Source: Pirellula staleyi DSM 6068
Lineage (GTDB): Bacteria > Planctomycetota > Planctomycetia > Pirellulales > Pirellulaceae
Assembly: GCA_000025185.1 (NCBI GenBank)
Contig: CP001848.1
Coordinates: 4,650,001-4,682,000 of the forward strand
Direction: 5' to 3'
DNA length: 32,000 nucleotides
Shown here: positions 1 through 9,856 of the stretch, one piece after another
Numbering within the stretch: position 1 is the first letter of the stretch
How the letters are laid out: each line of letters starts with the position of its first letter
Program-made: the position numbers and the translations under genes
The notes under the pieces: generated by a model
Databases searched by the model: none
The model's input: only the letters and a program-made list of their open reading frames with translations
What the model was told of the DNA's origin: nothing

Positions 1-354
1 CCTCTCTGCGCCGGGCATCAGCTGCCAATGCTTCGCCTCGGCAAAGTGCTGCCACAAGTTTCGAAAGAGCGGCTCGGACTGTCCGATGGAGAGTTCGAAC
101 ACTTCTGCCACGATCCGTTGCCAGCGGGCAAACTCCGAAGGCTCGCTGGTAGCAGGGAGTTCGAGAAACGCGGGCAGCGAATCCATCGCGTAGCCGACCG
201 AGCGATCGCGCTGCATCGCAAGAGCGAGACGCTGCTTCACCTCGGCCTCGGAAATCGAAATGCCGGCATCGTTAGCCGCTGCTGTGTAGGCCGAAACCAC
301 CGACGGGACGGCGCGCAGCAAGGTTCCCACTGCATCAAAAAGAACGGCCCGCAC
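1..354 (-). CDS. HAD-superfamily hydrolase (IA-like), N-terminal 118 codons; 3' end lies beyond the left window edge
   Basis: Not in the ORF track because it is open to the edge. The reverse-strand frame reads (GTG)MRAVLFDAVGTLLRAVPSVVSAYTAAANDAGISISEAEVKQRLALAMQRDRSVGYAMDSLPAFLELPATSEPSEFARWQRIVAEVFELSIGQSEPLFRNLWQHFAEAKHWQLMPGAE. FDxxGTL is a HAD motif-I variant placed right after the start. An alternative in-frame GTG lies at 390. The listed ORFs 28..384(+) and 18..221(-) give non-protein-like translations. Confidence 0.7.
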   Translation of the reverse strand, partial: MRAVLFDAVGTLLRAVPSVVSAYTAAANDAGISISEAEVKQRLALAMQRDRSVGYAMDSLPAFLELPATSEPSEFARWQRIVAEVFELSIGQSEPLFRNLWQHFAEAKHWQLMPGAER

Positions 355-372
355 TTGCGAAAGTACGGGCCG
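337..372 (-). terminator. Rho-independent terminator-like hairpin downstream of rseP
   Basis: The minus-strand RNA forms CGGCCCGUACUU-UCGC-AAGUGCGGGCCG, a 12-bp stem with one G.U pair, followed by UUCUUUUU. On the plus strand the same pair is a C/A mismatch, so the structure favours the minus strand. It starts 35 nt after the rseP stop (407-409). Confidence 0.6.
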
Positions 373-406
373 AGTTGGTTTTGATTTCACGTGTAAAACA
401 TCTCGC

Positions 407-2539
407 TTAGAAGAAAAACTGCGAGATGCGGCTGAGATCCATCGCGGTCGCAAAAATCATCAGCGAGAGCAGGAACAAAATGCCCATAACGGTGAGTCGC
501 ACTTGCAGCTGTTCGTTCACAGGCTTTCCACGAATCCATTCGGCGGCGAGGAAGAGCATATGCCCACCGTCGAGCGCGGGGATCGGCAGGAAGTTGATCA
601 CTGCAAGATTCGCGCTCAGCATCGTGAGGAAGAGGAGCAGGATTGGAATACCTGCGGAGGCGTGACTTCCGGCAGCACCCAAAATTCCGAGAGGCCCGGA
701 CAGATTCGTGGGTGAAATCTGCAGTGTGACGAGTTTCTGCAGCACCGTGAGGACTTCGGTGACCCGTTCCTTGATTTCACGCGCGCCGAGCGCGAGTGCT
801 TCGCCAACCGACTTTGCTTGGTGTAGTGTGGTGAATGTCTCGGTGGTGATGCCCCGCGATTCGTCGAGCAGCGTTTCGGAACTGACAACCTCGACCGGTT
901 GGCTCGTGATCGTTTCGGGTTTATCGCCGCCACGGGAAGCGGTAATGGTGGCTTTCGTTCCGAGCGGAACCAAGCGGAGCAGTCCTTGCAGGTAAACCAG
1001 ATTCTTTTCGGTGTCGTCGAGAATAACTTCGGGAGTTTTCAGCGTCAGGTAGTTGAGAAACAGTTTCTCACGATCCTTGTCAGCAAATTCGAAGGTGACC
1101 TTATCGATCTTGTCGCCAGCAGCGAGCTTCGACGATTCATCAGCAGCTGCAATCGTTCGGTCGAGTTTAACGGCAACTCCAATCGGCTCGGCGGCAATCG
1201 ACGTTGCGAAGTTGGCAGTCGAGAACATTGGAGGAGCAACCGGGGTGATCTTCACTTCACGTACGACCCGCTGATCGCCCGTGGCGGCCCGCTCGACTTC
1301 AATCGTGATCTCTTTCCCGACATGAGGGAGCAATTGCTGCGAGAGAGCGAGTGGATTCTCGATCTTCTCTCCTTCAATGGTGAGGAGTTTATCGCCGACG
1401 AGAATGCCTGCCGTTTCGGCAGGAGAACCTTTACGAACACTAACCACCAGGCCCATGGTGGGAACCAAACCGAGTGAGTTTTCGCCGCGTTCGGGAATCG
1501 TTACTTCAAGCGAAGTGGGTTCGCCACTTGGTTTGCCATCTTCGGATTTTGGAGTGCGGCGAATTGTAAGGCCGATCGGGCCGGAAGGCTTGGAAGCGAA
1601 TGTTTGAACGAAGGCTCCGTAGTTTTTCACTTCGGTGCCGTCGACGTGCGTGATCTCGTCACCTTCCAGCAGCGGCTCGGAACTTTTTGCGCTAGTAGGA
1701 AGAGCCCCTTGCATCAGGATGGTCAGATTGCTCGTCGGCTTCACGCCGATTGTGGCCTGTTTGCCAGTTCCTTGATCGCGCAGACGTGGCCGCATCGAGA
1801 GCCATTCTTCGGTTCCGTCGGCGCGGCGAACCAGTACGTCCAGATCTTTCTCGACGCCGTTGAAAATCACCGAGCGTTGCAGGTCGTTATAGCGCAAGTG
1901 CTCGTAGGGGGAGCCGCTTTTGCCAAACTGCAGCACACGATCGTCGGTTCGAAGACCAGCCGCCCAAGCAGGTTCACCAGGAATGGAAACCCCAACTGTT
2001 GCGGGCAATTCACGAACACCGAGCCAATAGGCAGTACCACCAAGCAGCACGCCAAAGATCAAGTTCATGATCACGCCGGCCGAGATGATGGCCATGCGGG
2101 CGGGAACTGATTTGGCAGGATAGCTGCGTGGATCGAGCGCCACTTTCTCGCTGGTTTTGGCGGCAGCTTCGCTCGGTACGGCAGTGCCAGTCTCTTGGGC
2201 TTTGATACGTTCGGCTTCAGCTTCGGCATTACGTGGATCGTCGTCTTGTCCCAGCATTTTGACGTAGCCACCCAGCGGCAAAATGCCGATGCCGTACTCG
2301 GTTTCACCATAGGTGAACTTTACGAGCGAACGGGGAATGGTGATCGGGCCGAGCTTGAGTTCGAAGAAGTCGAAACCGACGTAGAACTTCTCGCACTTTA
2401 CGCCACATGCTTTGGCAACGAGGAAGTGCCCGAGTTCGTGAACGAAGATCACGAAACCGAGACCAGCGGCGACACTCAAGATGTTCCACAGTGTGCCCCC
2501 CAGCGACGCGAGCAAGCTGACCTCTTCTGCAGCAAACAT
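407..2539 (-). CDS. rseP: RIP site-2 metalloprotease RseP (peptidase M50) with an extended PDZ region
   Basis: HExxH motif (FVHELGHFLVAKACGV) near the N-terminus, C-terminal NFLPIPALDGGH motif, hydrophobic termini and a long central PDZ-like region (GSPAETAGILVGDKLLTIEG). Classic dxr-rseP synteny. The maximal ORF begins with GTG at 2554. I prefer ATG at 2539, which overlaps the dxr stop as TAATG. Confidence 0.9.
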   Translation of the reverse strand: MFAAEEVSLLASLGGTLWNILSVAAGLGFVIFVHELGHFLVAKACGVKCEKFYVGFDFFELKLGPITIPRSLVKFTYGETEYGIGILPLGGYVKMLGQDDDPRNAEAEAERIKAQETGTAVPSEAAAKTSEKVALDPRSYPAKSVPARMAIISAGVIMNLIFGVLLGGTAYWLGVRELPATVGVSIPGEPAWAAGLRTDDRVLQFGKSGSPYEHLRYNDLQRSVIFNGVEKDLDVLVRRADGTEEWLSMRPRLRDQGTGKQATIGVKPTSNLTILMQGALPTSAKSSEPLLEGDEITHVDGTEVKNYGAFVQTFASKPSGPIGLTIRRTPKSEDGKPSGEPTSLEVTIPERGENSLGLVPTMGLVVSVRKGSPAETAGILVGDKLLTIEGEKIENPLALSQQLLPHVGKEITIEVERAATGDQRVVREVKITPVAPPMFSTANFATSIAAEPIGVAVKLDRTIAAADESSKLAAGDKIDKVTFEFADKDREKLFLNYLTLKTPEVILDDTEKNLVYLQGLLRLVPLGTKATITASRGGDKPETITSQPVEVVSSETLLDESRGITTETFTTLHQAKSVGEALALGAREIKERVTEVLTVLQKLVTLQISPTNLSGPLGILGAAGSHASAGIPILLLFLTMLSANLAVINFLPIPALDGGHMLFLAAEWIRGKPVNEQLQVRLTVMGILFLLSLMIFATAMDLSRISQFFF

Positions 2540-3702
2540 TAATGGCAAATCCACCTAGAAACCTCCTGCCGAGCCCAAGTGTCGAGCTCGGAGAGTCGCT
2601 CGAGGGTCGGTTGTGATTCAAACGAATGATTGGCAAGGACCGCGCGCGTGGCCGGCACGATCTCCATGAATGATAGCTCTTTCGCCAGAAAAGAAGCTAC
2701 GGCGGCCTCGTTAGCCGCATTTAATACACAGCCTGCAGTTCCACCAGCTGCGGCGACTTCGCGCCCGAGAGCAAGCGCCGGAAAACGCTCCTCATCAGGT
2801 GGTTCGAAATCGAGTTTCCAAGCTTGGGAAAGATCCATTTTTCGGGCCGGACTAGGGAGTCGACTGGGCCACGTAAGTGCTGTCTGGATCGGAAGTTTCA
2901 TATCGGGCGGGCTCATTTGGGCGAGCATCGAACCGTCGCGAAACTCGACCATCGAGTGGATGATCGACTGGGGGTGAACCACCACGTCGATTTGGTCGGC
3001 TGGCAGATCAAACAGCCAGCGGGCTTCGATCATTTCCAGGGCTTTGTTCATCATCGTGGCCGAATCGATGGATATTTTCTTTCCCATCCGCCACGTAGGA
3101 TGGCTAAGTGCTTGCTCCACCGAGACTTGGTGCATTTCGGCGAGTGTATATTTACGAAACGGGCCACCACTGGCGGTGAGGATGATTCGCGCCAGGTCGT
3201 CGCGACGGCCTGCTTGCAGGACCTGAAAAATGGCCGAATGCTCGCTGTCGACAGGTAGTATCGGGACACCTCGCTCGGCCGCGAGCTGCATGACGAGCGG
3301 ACCGGCCATGACGAGCGATTCCTTGTTCGCCAATGCGACCGGTTTACCGGCATCGAGCGCTGCCCAAGTCCCTGCCAGGCCTGCACTTCCGACCATGGCA
3401 GCCACCACCATGTCGACTTCAGCTGCGGCAACCACTTCGCGGACAGCTTCGCTGCCAACCAGCAGTTTGGTGCACGGGGGAAGGAGCGACCAGTCCCACG
3501 AGCGAGCCGCGACTGGATCGGTCGCAACTACATAGGGGACTTGGAATTGCGTCGCTTGCTGGCAAAGCAATTCGAAACTCTGATGAGCCGTGAGTGCCCA
3601 GGGGCGGAGGGCCCCTTCGGAAAAACGGACCACTTCAAGCGTGCTGCGGCCAATGCTCCCTGTGGAGCCAAGTATCACAAGATTGCGGGCCGAGGTCGCC
3701 AT
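2539..3702 (-). CDS. dxr: 1-deoxy-D-xylulose-5-phosphate reductoisomerase
   Basis: N-terminal NADPH-binding motif ILGSTGSIGRSTLEVV, plus LANKESLV, DSEHSAIFQ, SGGPFR and HPTWRMGKKISIDSATMMNK motifs. Full-length 387 aa with ATG start at 3702. Confidence 0.95.
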   Translation of the reverse strand: MATSARNLVILGSTGSIGRSTLEVVRFSEGALRPWALTAHQSFELLCQQATQFQVPYVVATDPVAARSWDWSLLPPCTKLLVGSEAVREVVAAAEVDMVVAAMVGSAGLAGTWAALDAGKPVALANKESLVMAGPLVMQLAAERGVPILPVDSEHSAIFQVLQAGRRDDLARIILTASGGPFRKYTLAEMHQVSVEQALSHPTWRMGKKISIDSATMMNKALEMIEARWLFDLPADQIDVVVHPQSIIHSMVEFRDGSMLAQMSPPDMKLPIQTALTWPSRLPSPARKMDLSQAWKLDFEPPDEERFPALALGREVAAAGGTAGCVLNAANEAAVASFLAKELSFMEIVPATRAVLANHSFESQPTLERLSELDTWARQEVSRWICH

Positions 3703-4100
3703 GGAGAGTTTCTTGCGTCGATCGGGGCGACCAGACGCGCCTTAAAGCTCATTTTCCGTAAGACTTGTGACTAAGCGGCACATTCTAGGGGCCAGCTCGA
3801 CAAGCAGCAAGATTGATTGAACCGGGGTAGGCCAGAGAAGTTGTAGCGTCTTGCAGGAGATCGCAGGGGGCTACCAGAGCTTAACCGCACTGGTGCCACG
3901 CTGGTCAACTCGAGTAAACCGTCTGTGGGACCGGATTTGCGGCAAATAGCGACACCGCTCTTCCAGGCCGCAATTTACCGCAGGCTGTCAGCCGTTTTCG
4001 GACTGCTACAATCTAGTAGCGTGGTATGTTTGGAGACGTTTACGGTTAGATTGTCGTAAGCGGGATCAGTAGGTTCTCGCACGTCGAACACGAAAGAGAT

Positions 4101-6209
4101 TTGCGAATGAGTTCTGACAACGGATCGGGCCGACAGGGAGGAGACCGGGGTGGATCGACAGGCTACAACCTGCTGATGTATCTCGGTTTTGGTGCCATCA
4201 TCGCCACGCTGGTAGCACTCTATGTGCTGCAGATGTTCCAAACGTCGCTCGACTACACCGATCTCGAACGTTTGGTCGCCGCCTCGCAGTATGAGAAAGA
4301 CGAATCCAAGCTGACCGCCGGTTCGCCGGGCTATATCGATGTGAAGGTCGAAGCACGCAACACGCTCCGGCGAATGCGCGTTTCGAACCTGCGAAAAGTC
4401 GAACTTGGTCCCACGGCCGTTCGTGGGCAGATCGATCTTGTGGAGTTGAAGCCTGTCGGCACCAGTGGCGATCGCTGGGAGCCAGACAGCAAAACCTTGC
4501 GGCAGAATGTGGAGTTTCGTACGAACCTTTCCGACAAGGGGAGCAATCGCGACGACATTGAAACCGCGATTCGTAATTCGAACATCCCCTTTCGTCATGC
4601 CGATCCACCCGGTCCCTGGGAGCAGCACTCGCAATTGATCATCGGCATGCTGCTGGCAGCGATGCTGATCTACATTGTCGTCCGTCGACTTTCGGCCGCT
4701 GGTTCGCCGATGTCCTTTGGACGTAGTCGCGGCAAACTCTACGCGCAAGAAGAACTTGGCATCACGTTCAACGACGTGGCTGGTATCGACGAAGCGGTGG
4801 AAGAAGTGCGTGAAGTGGTCGACTTCCTCCGCAGCCCGGAAAAATATCAAAAGCTCGGCGGACGCATTCCCAAGGGTGTGCTGCTGGTCGGACCTCCCGG
4901 TACTGGTAAGACGCTGCTCGCCAAAGCGATTGCTGGCGAAGCGGGTGTTCCGTTTTTCAGTCTGTCGGGTAGCGACTTTGTCGAAATGTTTGTCGGTGTG
5001 GGTGCTGCCCGCGTCCGGGACATGTTTCAGCAGGCGGAAGCGAAAGCACCGTGCATTATTTTCATCGACGAGCTCGATGCCCTCGGTAAGAGCCGCGGCG
5101 CGGGGATCATGGGTGGCCACGACGAACGCGAGCAAACGCTCAACGCACTGCTGGTCGAGATGGACGGATTCGGAAGTAACAGCGGCGTGATTGTGATGGC
5201 CGCAACCAACCGTCCCGAAACGCTCGATCCAGCGCTTCTTCGCCCTGGTCGTTTCGATCGCCATGTGCTGGTCGATCGCCCCGACATCAAGGGTCGTGAA
5301 GACATCCTCAAGGTGCACGTGAAGAACGTGAAGCTCGACCCGACCGTCGATCTGCATAAAGTCGCTGCCATTACGCCCGGTTTCGTAGGTGCTGATCTGG
5401 CGAACCTGGTGAACGAAGCTGCACTGCTCGCCGCTCGTGCTGAAAAAACAGCAGTAGGGATGAACGAGTTCAATGAAGGTGTCGAGCGAGTCACGGCGGG
5501 GCTCGAGAAGAAGCAACGCGTGATGAACGAAGACGAAAAGCTTCGCGTGGCGTATCACGAATCGGGTCACGCACTCGTGGCTTACAGTCTGCCGAATACC
5601 GACCCGGTTCACAAAGTTTCGATCATTCCACGTGGTTTGGCTGCCCTTGGATACACGATGCAGCGTCCCGAAGGGGATCGCTTCTTGATGACGCAATCGG
5701 AACTCGAGAGCCGCATCCAAGTCCTGCTGGCAGGAACGATTGCCGAAGAAATCATCTTCACCGACATTTCGACCGGCGCTCAAAACGACCTAGAACGCGC
5801 CACCGATATTGCTCGTCGCATGTGTATGGAATTCGGCATGAGCCGCCTCGGACGTGTGAACTATCGCGAGAGCAATCGAAGTGCGTTTCTCGCTTCGGGT
5901 GGCTCCGGTGAAGAGCGGGTCCGTTCGGTCAGCGAACAAACGCTGCGTGAAATCGATCAAGAGGTGCGCCGCATCATCGATGAATCGATCGAGAAAGTGC
6001 GTCACATCTTGGATGTGCGTCGCGGAGCACTCGTGTCGCTCACGAATCGCTTGATGGAAGTGGAATCGGTCGACTCTGATGAACTCAAACGGATTATCGA
6101 CGAAACATCGCCTGGCCCGCTCGTGGTTCCTGGCACGTTGCCAGCCAACACGATGCGTTCGACCACCGAGCCCGTTATCACCGCTCCCGCCACCGAGCGA
6201 AGTGGGTAG
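4101..6209 (+). CDS. ftsH: ATP-dependent zinc metalloprotease FtsH
   Basis: Two N-terminal TM segments, AAA+ Walker A GPPGTGKT, Walker [12 protein letters not shown] ([19 protein letters not shown]) and zinc motif HESGHA. The track ORF begins with TTG at 4101; ATG at 4107 (MSSDNG) is an equally plausible start. Confidence 0.95.
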   Translation: MRMSSDNGSGRQGGDRGGSTGYNLLMYLGFGAIIATLVALYVLQMFQTSLDYTDLERLVAASQYEKDESKLTAGSPGYIDVKVEARNTLRRMRVSNLRKVELGPTAVRGQIDLVELKPVGTSGDRWEPDSKTLRQNVEFRTNLSDKGSNRDDIETAIRNSNIPFRHADPPGPWEQHSQLIIGMLLAAMLIYIVVRRLSAAGSPMSFGRSRGKLYAQEELGITFNDVAGIDEAVEEVREVVDFLRSPEKYQKLGGRIPKGVLLVGPPGTGKTLLAKAIAGEAGVPFFSLSGSDFVEMFVGVGAARVRDMFQQAEAKAPCIIFIDELDALGKSRGAGIMGGHDEREQTLNALLVEMDGFGSNSGVIVMAATNRPETLDPALLRPGRFDRHVLVDRPDIKGREDILKVHVKNVKLDPTVDLHKVAAITPGFVGADLANLVNEAALLAARAEKTAVGMNEFNEGVERVTAGLEKKQRVMNEDEKLRVAYHESGHALVAYSLPNTDPVHKVSIIPRGLAALGYTMQRPEGDRFLMTQSELESRIQVLLAGTIAEEIIFTDISTGAQNDLERATDIARRMCMEFGMSRLGRVNYRESNRSAFLASGGSGEERVRSVSEQTLREIDQEVRRIIDESIEKVRHILDVRRGALVSLTNRLMEVESVDSDELKRIIDETSPGPLVVPGTLPANTMRSTTEPVITAPATERSG

Positions 6210-6266
6210 GCCCAACCTGTCGCCTAGCAACTACGAATTTGCAGCGTCATGAGTAACGAACAAGAG

Positions 6267-6297
6267 CGGGCGATCGAGCAATCGACTGCCCGTTTTT
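6267..6297 (+). terminator. Rho-independent terminator downstream of ftsH
   Basis: Stem CGGGCGATCGA / TCGACTGCCCG with one internal A/C mismatch, capped by a GCAA (GNRA) tetraloop and followed by TTTTT (6293-6297). It lies 58 nt after the ftsH stop. Confidence 0.6.
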
Positions 6298-6311
6298 CAT
6301 GCGCGACGGAT

Positions 6312-6914
6312 CTATTTTGCGTCGAGTTCTTTTTGAAGCTTAGCTAGTTGCAGTCGCATCTGGTCCGATTCGCGAAACTCTTTTCGCCATGCCATCAACA
6401 GCGTCGATATCGTCGTCAGAATGCTGATGACACTCGTTGCAAACTCGAAGCTCAAACCTTGCTTTTTCTTACCGGCAGACTCCAATTTGGCAGCTGCCTC
6501 TGCAATTTTGGCTTCGTACTTCGAACGCAGTTCATCCGCAGATGCTTGCGTACTGTCGTGCAGTTCAATGGCCCGTTTATTCTCGCTCTGAAGCAATTGA
6601 ATCAACGCTTGAGCTTCGGAGAGCGAAGTGAGCGTGTCTCCCTTGGCTGCGGAGAGCTGAATTCCATCCTTGATCGTTCGTACTCGGTCGATGGAACGAT
6701 CCAGCTTACGATTCAGATCGTTGATCTGAGCATCGAGACTCGTCGGCCCTGGTTGAGGGTCACTAGTTGACGCCAAGGCCTGGCTCTCACCAATTCTGGT
6801 GGCCGCTGCTTGAAGGTCCTCAGCGACACCTTGCATGCTGCGTAGCGCCATAAAGCCGAACACCAGCGCCGCTGCGATACCAATTCCCGCCACCAAGATA
6901 TAGGCCCGGTTCAT
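6312..6914 (-). CDS. Hypothetical coiled-coil membrane protein (N-terminal TM, long helical region, C-terminal hydrophobic segment)
   Basis: The track ORF 6312..7088 overlaps the upstream gene. An internal ATG at 6914 (MNRAYILVAGIGIAAALVFGFMAL) is preceded by GGAGA with a 6-nt spacer. The sequence is rich in heptad-like A/L/E/K/Q stretches, with a second hydrophobic segment FATSVISILTTISTLLMAW. No recognisable catalytic motif. Confidence 0.6.
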   Translation of the reverse strand: MNRAYILVAGIGIAAALVFGFMALRSMQGVAEDLQAAATRIGESQALASTSDPQPGPTSLDAQINDLNRKLDRSIDRVRTIKDGIQLSAAKGDTLTSLSEAQALIQLLQSENKRAIELHDSTQASADELRSKYEAKIAEAAAKLESAGKKKQGLSFEFATSVISILTTISTLLMAWRKEFRESDQMRLQLAKLQKELDAK

Positions 6915-7026
6915 TGCATTTCTCCACCCCGATGGAAGCTCAATCGCCATGTACCGGGGGGAAATGCTACCACCCTTCGAGCGCAAAGTCAGCCTGCAAA
7001 ATGAGGCGATTATCGCCCTCGAAGTA

Positions 7027-8652
7027 CTAGCGCGGCAGTGGATGTTCGCTGCGCGGGCGGCGCGATTCACTCGCGGCCGCTGCAGCACCGTTGGTAGTGG
7101 CAGCTCCCTTGGGCTCGGGAGCTTCGTCCGACGATTTCGGAGCAGTGCTCGCAGGTGGCGCCGATGCTACGAGCGCAGAGGAAGCTGCAAGATTCCTGGC
7201 GTACATCTGAAGCTGACGACGTCGTTCGGCAAAAGCGGCGACACTCACGCCACCAATCATCGCCAGCACGAGGCCAGCCGCCAATGTGGTTTTGGTATCG
7301 GGACTCGAAGGGGTTTCGCTATAGCTTGGGGGCTGAAACAAATTAATACTCGAAATCTTGGCCGCTTCGAGTTCGTGATCGATTCGCGCTTGCTCCAAAT
7401 TCTCGGAATACTTGCGAAAATTGGTGCTCGCCAGTTCAATGCTGCGCTCGAGGCTGGCAATTTCGATTTCGTTGTCGTTCATCATTTGCAGCATGCCGCG
7501 AGCTTCAGCCAAACTAGTATCCAGCACTTTCTGCTTCGCTTCGAGCGAGGCGAGTTCGGCCAGCTTCTCTTGCAGGGCGAGCTCTGTCGACTCGCGAGTT
7601 TTATTCACACCACGCGTTGTTTGTTGGCTCATTCCTTCTTCGGCCATCACGGCCCGCGCTTGAGCGATTTGCTCACGCACCTGCATCAACCGTGGATTAT
7701 CGTCGAGCAACTTGCTCGAAAGATCTTTCTCCTGAACTTCCAGGTCGAACAGTTTTTCGCGCATCGATGCCTGAGGAGTTTGCGGCTGACCGGTCACTTC
7801 TTCGGTGATGATCATCGCCGGAGTTGCGACAAGCAGCTTCTCGCGAAGTTCGACTTCGGCCTTCGCCGCGCGAACGCTTGCCGTAGTAGCACGCAATTCT
7901 TGCTCGAGCAAGTTGATCGACCCCAGCTGTAACTCGCGCTGCTGAGGCAGCGAAGCGAGTCCCGTTTGGTTCTTCAGATCGCGTAGCTCTTTCTCCTTGG
8001 ATTCCAATTCCTCGCGCAGTTTGGCCGCTTGTTCGTCGAAGAACTCCTGCGAGCCGCGCGTCCGATTCATCCGCAAATGATCGTCGCGAGCAATCGTGAT
8101 CAGGCTTTCGAGCAGATCGCGGCTGAGGGTCGGACTGGCCGATTCATACGACATCGAGATCACACTCGACTTCTTCGCTAGACCGATGTGCAGCTGCTCT
8201 TGGAAGTGCAAAATCGCTTTGTCGCGCAAGTTGTACACCTGCAGCGGATTGAGGTTGTAGTCGTCGAACTGCGACATCCACTTCTTCACCGCTGCGATTT
8301 GCGGATTCGCAGGCTTGATCTTTTCGAGGATCACATCAGCGCCGTATTGATCGACCACTTTTTCGACCACCGAGCGGCTCGAGAGCAACTCGCTAATCGC
8401 ATTGAGTTCGCTTTCGCGTGTGTCGCTGATCGAAACTACCGAACCGGTGGTGGCAGTGGGATCGAGCGAAACACTCTCGCGGCCAATGCGTACAAAAAGC
8501 TTGGCTTCCGACGTGAATTGCCGTTCGCTAATCACCAAGAAGCCGGCGGTAAGCGCAAGGATCACCACAGCAGTGATCGCCGCCTTGAACTTGTGCCGCC
8601 AAAGGGCAGCGACGAGCTCGCCGGGGATCGATTCGAGCGAACGATATTCCAT
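7027..8652 (-). CDS. Polysaccharide chain-length determinant (Wzz/GumC-like PCP family) protein without a kinase domain
   Basis: N-terminal Wzz-like segment (LWRHKFKAAITAVVILALTAGFLVISERQFTSEAKLFV), long coiled-coil periplasmic region, GNVR-like end (LFQPPSYSETPSSPDTKTTLAAGLVLAMIGGVSVAAFA) and a low-complexity tail. I saw no Walker A motif. Likely start is ATG at 8652 (MEYRSLES); the maximal ORF extends to 8712. Confidence 0.75.
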   Translation of the reverse strand: MEYRSLESIPGELVAALWRHKFKAAITAVVILALTAGFLVISERQFTSEAKLFVRIGRESVSLDPTATTGSVVSISDTRESELNAISELLSSRSVVEKVVDQYGADVILEKIKPANPQIAAVKKWMSQFDDYNLNPLQVYNLRDKAILHFQEQLHIGLAKKSSVISMSYESASPTLSRDLLESLITIARDDHLRMNRTRGSQEFFDEQAAKLREELESKEKELRDLKNQTGLASLPQQRELQLGSINLLEQELRATTASVRAAKAEVELREKLLVATPAMIITEEVTGQPQTPQASMREKLFDLEVQEKDLSSKLLDDNPRLMQVREQIAQARAVMAEEGMSQQTTRGVNKTRESTELALQEKLAELASLEAKQKVLDTSLAEARGMLQMMNDNEIEIASLERSIELASTNFRKYSENLEQARIDHELEAAKISSINLFQPPSYSETPSSPDTKTTLAAGLVLAMIGGVSVAAFAERRRQLQMYARNLAASSALVASAPPASTAPKSSDEAPEPKGAATTNGAAAAASESRRPRSEHPLPR

Positions 8653-8993
8653 GACTCTTCCAAACAGATCGCAGGGCAGGGGGCATAGACCAGCATGAGC
8701 CACCGGCATCACACGTAAGGTCTATCCAGACAGCAAACTTCGTACCCCTTCAGACTAGTTGCCACCTGCAAATTGCGAAAGGATAAGACACCCCTCGAAC
8801 GAGTGATTTCGCAAGGTTTTCGGGAGTTTTCTTCTACTCAGCAGGCGCTGAGTCCTCTGGCAAGGCAATCTGCGCAGTTGAAAGGAAGTAGACAGCTGCT
8901 CCGCTAGCGCTTAACCTTCGATCTCCCGCTGCACAAGTTCAGTGCTGAGCGGCGCGATTTCTCGTTCCTCTCTCAGGCTGTGAGCCCTACACG

Positions 8994-9677
8994 ATGACGA
9001 TCTCGACCAACTATAAGTTGCTGCTGATAGCCGCCGTCACTTTGGGAGTTTTTCTCCCAGGCCAGGCCATCGGTGAGGACAAAACCAAGGCCGTGGTCGA
9101 AGAGGGGTTTGTTTCGCTATTCGACGGAAAAACGCTGGCGGGATGGGAAGGGAACGAGAAGATCTTCCGTGTGGAAGACGGCGCGATCATCGGCGGAAAT
9201 CTGAAGGAGCCGATCAAAAACAACGAGTTTTTGGCTTCCAACGAGCGTTATGGCGATTTCGAGTTGCGACTCGACGCCAAGCTGATTGGGCAAGGAGAGA
9301 ACGCCGGCGTGCAGTTTCGTAGCGAGCGCATGCCCGACCACTTCGAGGTGATTGGCTACCAATGCGACATTGGCACTGCCGCTGGGAAGTCGATTTGGGG
9401 CTCGCTGTACGACGAATCGCGCCGCCGCAAGTTTCTGGCAAGCGGCGATCACGAAAAATTGGCCAAAGTGGTGAAGGCAGGCGAGTGGAATTCCCTCACC
9501 GTCCGCTGCGAAGGGGCTCACATCCAGATTTGGGTCGGCGACCTGCTTACAGTCGATTACACCGAAGAGGACGACAAAATCGAGCGGACGGGCCGTTTGG
9601 CCCTGCAAATCCACAGCGGACCACCCGCCGAAGCGTGGTACAAAAATATCCGGATCAAATCGCTCGAGAAGAAGTAA
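8994..9677 (+). CDS. Secreted DUF1080 (3-keto-disaccharide hydrolase-like) domain protein
   Basis: Signal peptide (LLLIAAVTLGVFLPGQAIG). Family-typical pattern FDGKTLAGWEG...FRVEDGAIIG...YGDFELRLDAKL...NAGVQFRS...GYQCDI...WGSLYDE...WNSLTVRCEG..IQIWVGD...GRLALQIHSG...WYKNIRIK. Confidence 0.85.
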   Translation: MTISTNYKLLLIAAVTLGVFLPGQAIGEDKTKAVVEEGFVSLFDGKTLAGWEGNEKIFRVEDGAIIGGNLKEPIKNNEFLASNERYGDFELRLDAKLIGQGENAGVQFRSERMPDHFEVIGYQCDIGTAAGKSIWGSLYDESRRRKFLASGDHEKLAKVVKAGEWNSLTVRCEGAHIQIWVGDLLTVDYTEEDDKIERTGRLALQIHSGPPAEAWYKNIRIKSLEKK

Positions 9678-9856
9678 GGTTGTGTGTGGCACAGCCATTG
9701 CGGTCAAATCGCCAGGATGACGAGGCTCCAAACTTCGTCGCCAACCACCCTTAGCGCACTTGTGCGGCTGATATAAAGTAGCAGTACGAAATTGGTTACC
9801 GACGACCGCCTCGCGTCTCGGTATGGTTCCACCTTCCTTCGATCAGCAGTCATCCC

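Noticed and set aside
18-384. Track ORFs 28-384(+) and 18-221(-) at the left edge
   Set aside because: Both give R/S/G-rich, non-protein-like translations. A third frame on the minus strand, open to the edge, encodes a clean HAD-hydrolase N-terminus instead.
3975-5783. 602-aa ORF antisense to ftsH
   Set aside because: The opposite strand carries unambiguous FtsH motifs (Walker A/B, SRH, HESGHA). The antisense translation has no motif and an odd composition (R/H/F/V-rich), consistent with a shadow ORF in GC-rich DNA.
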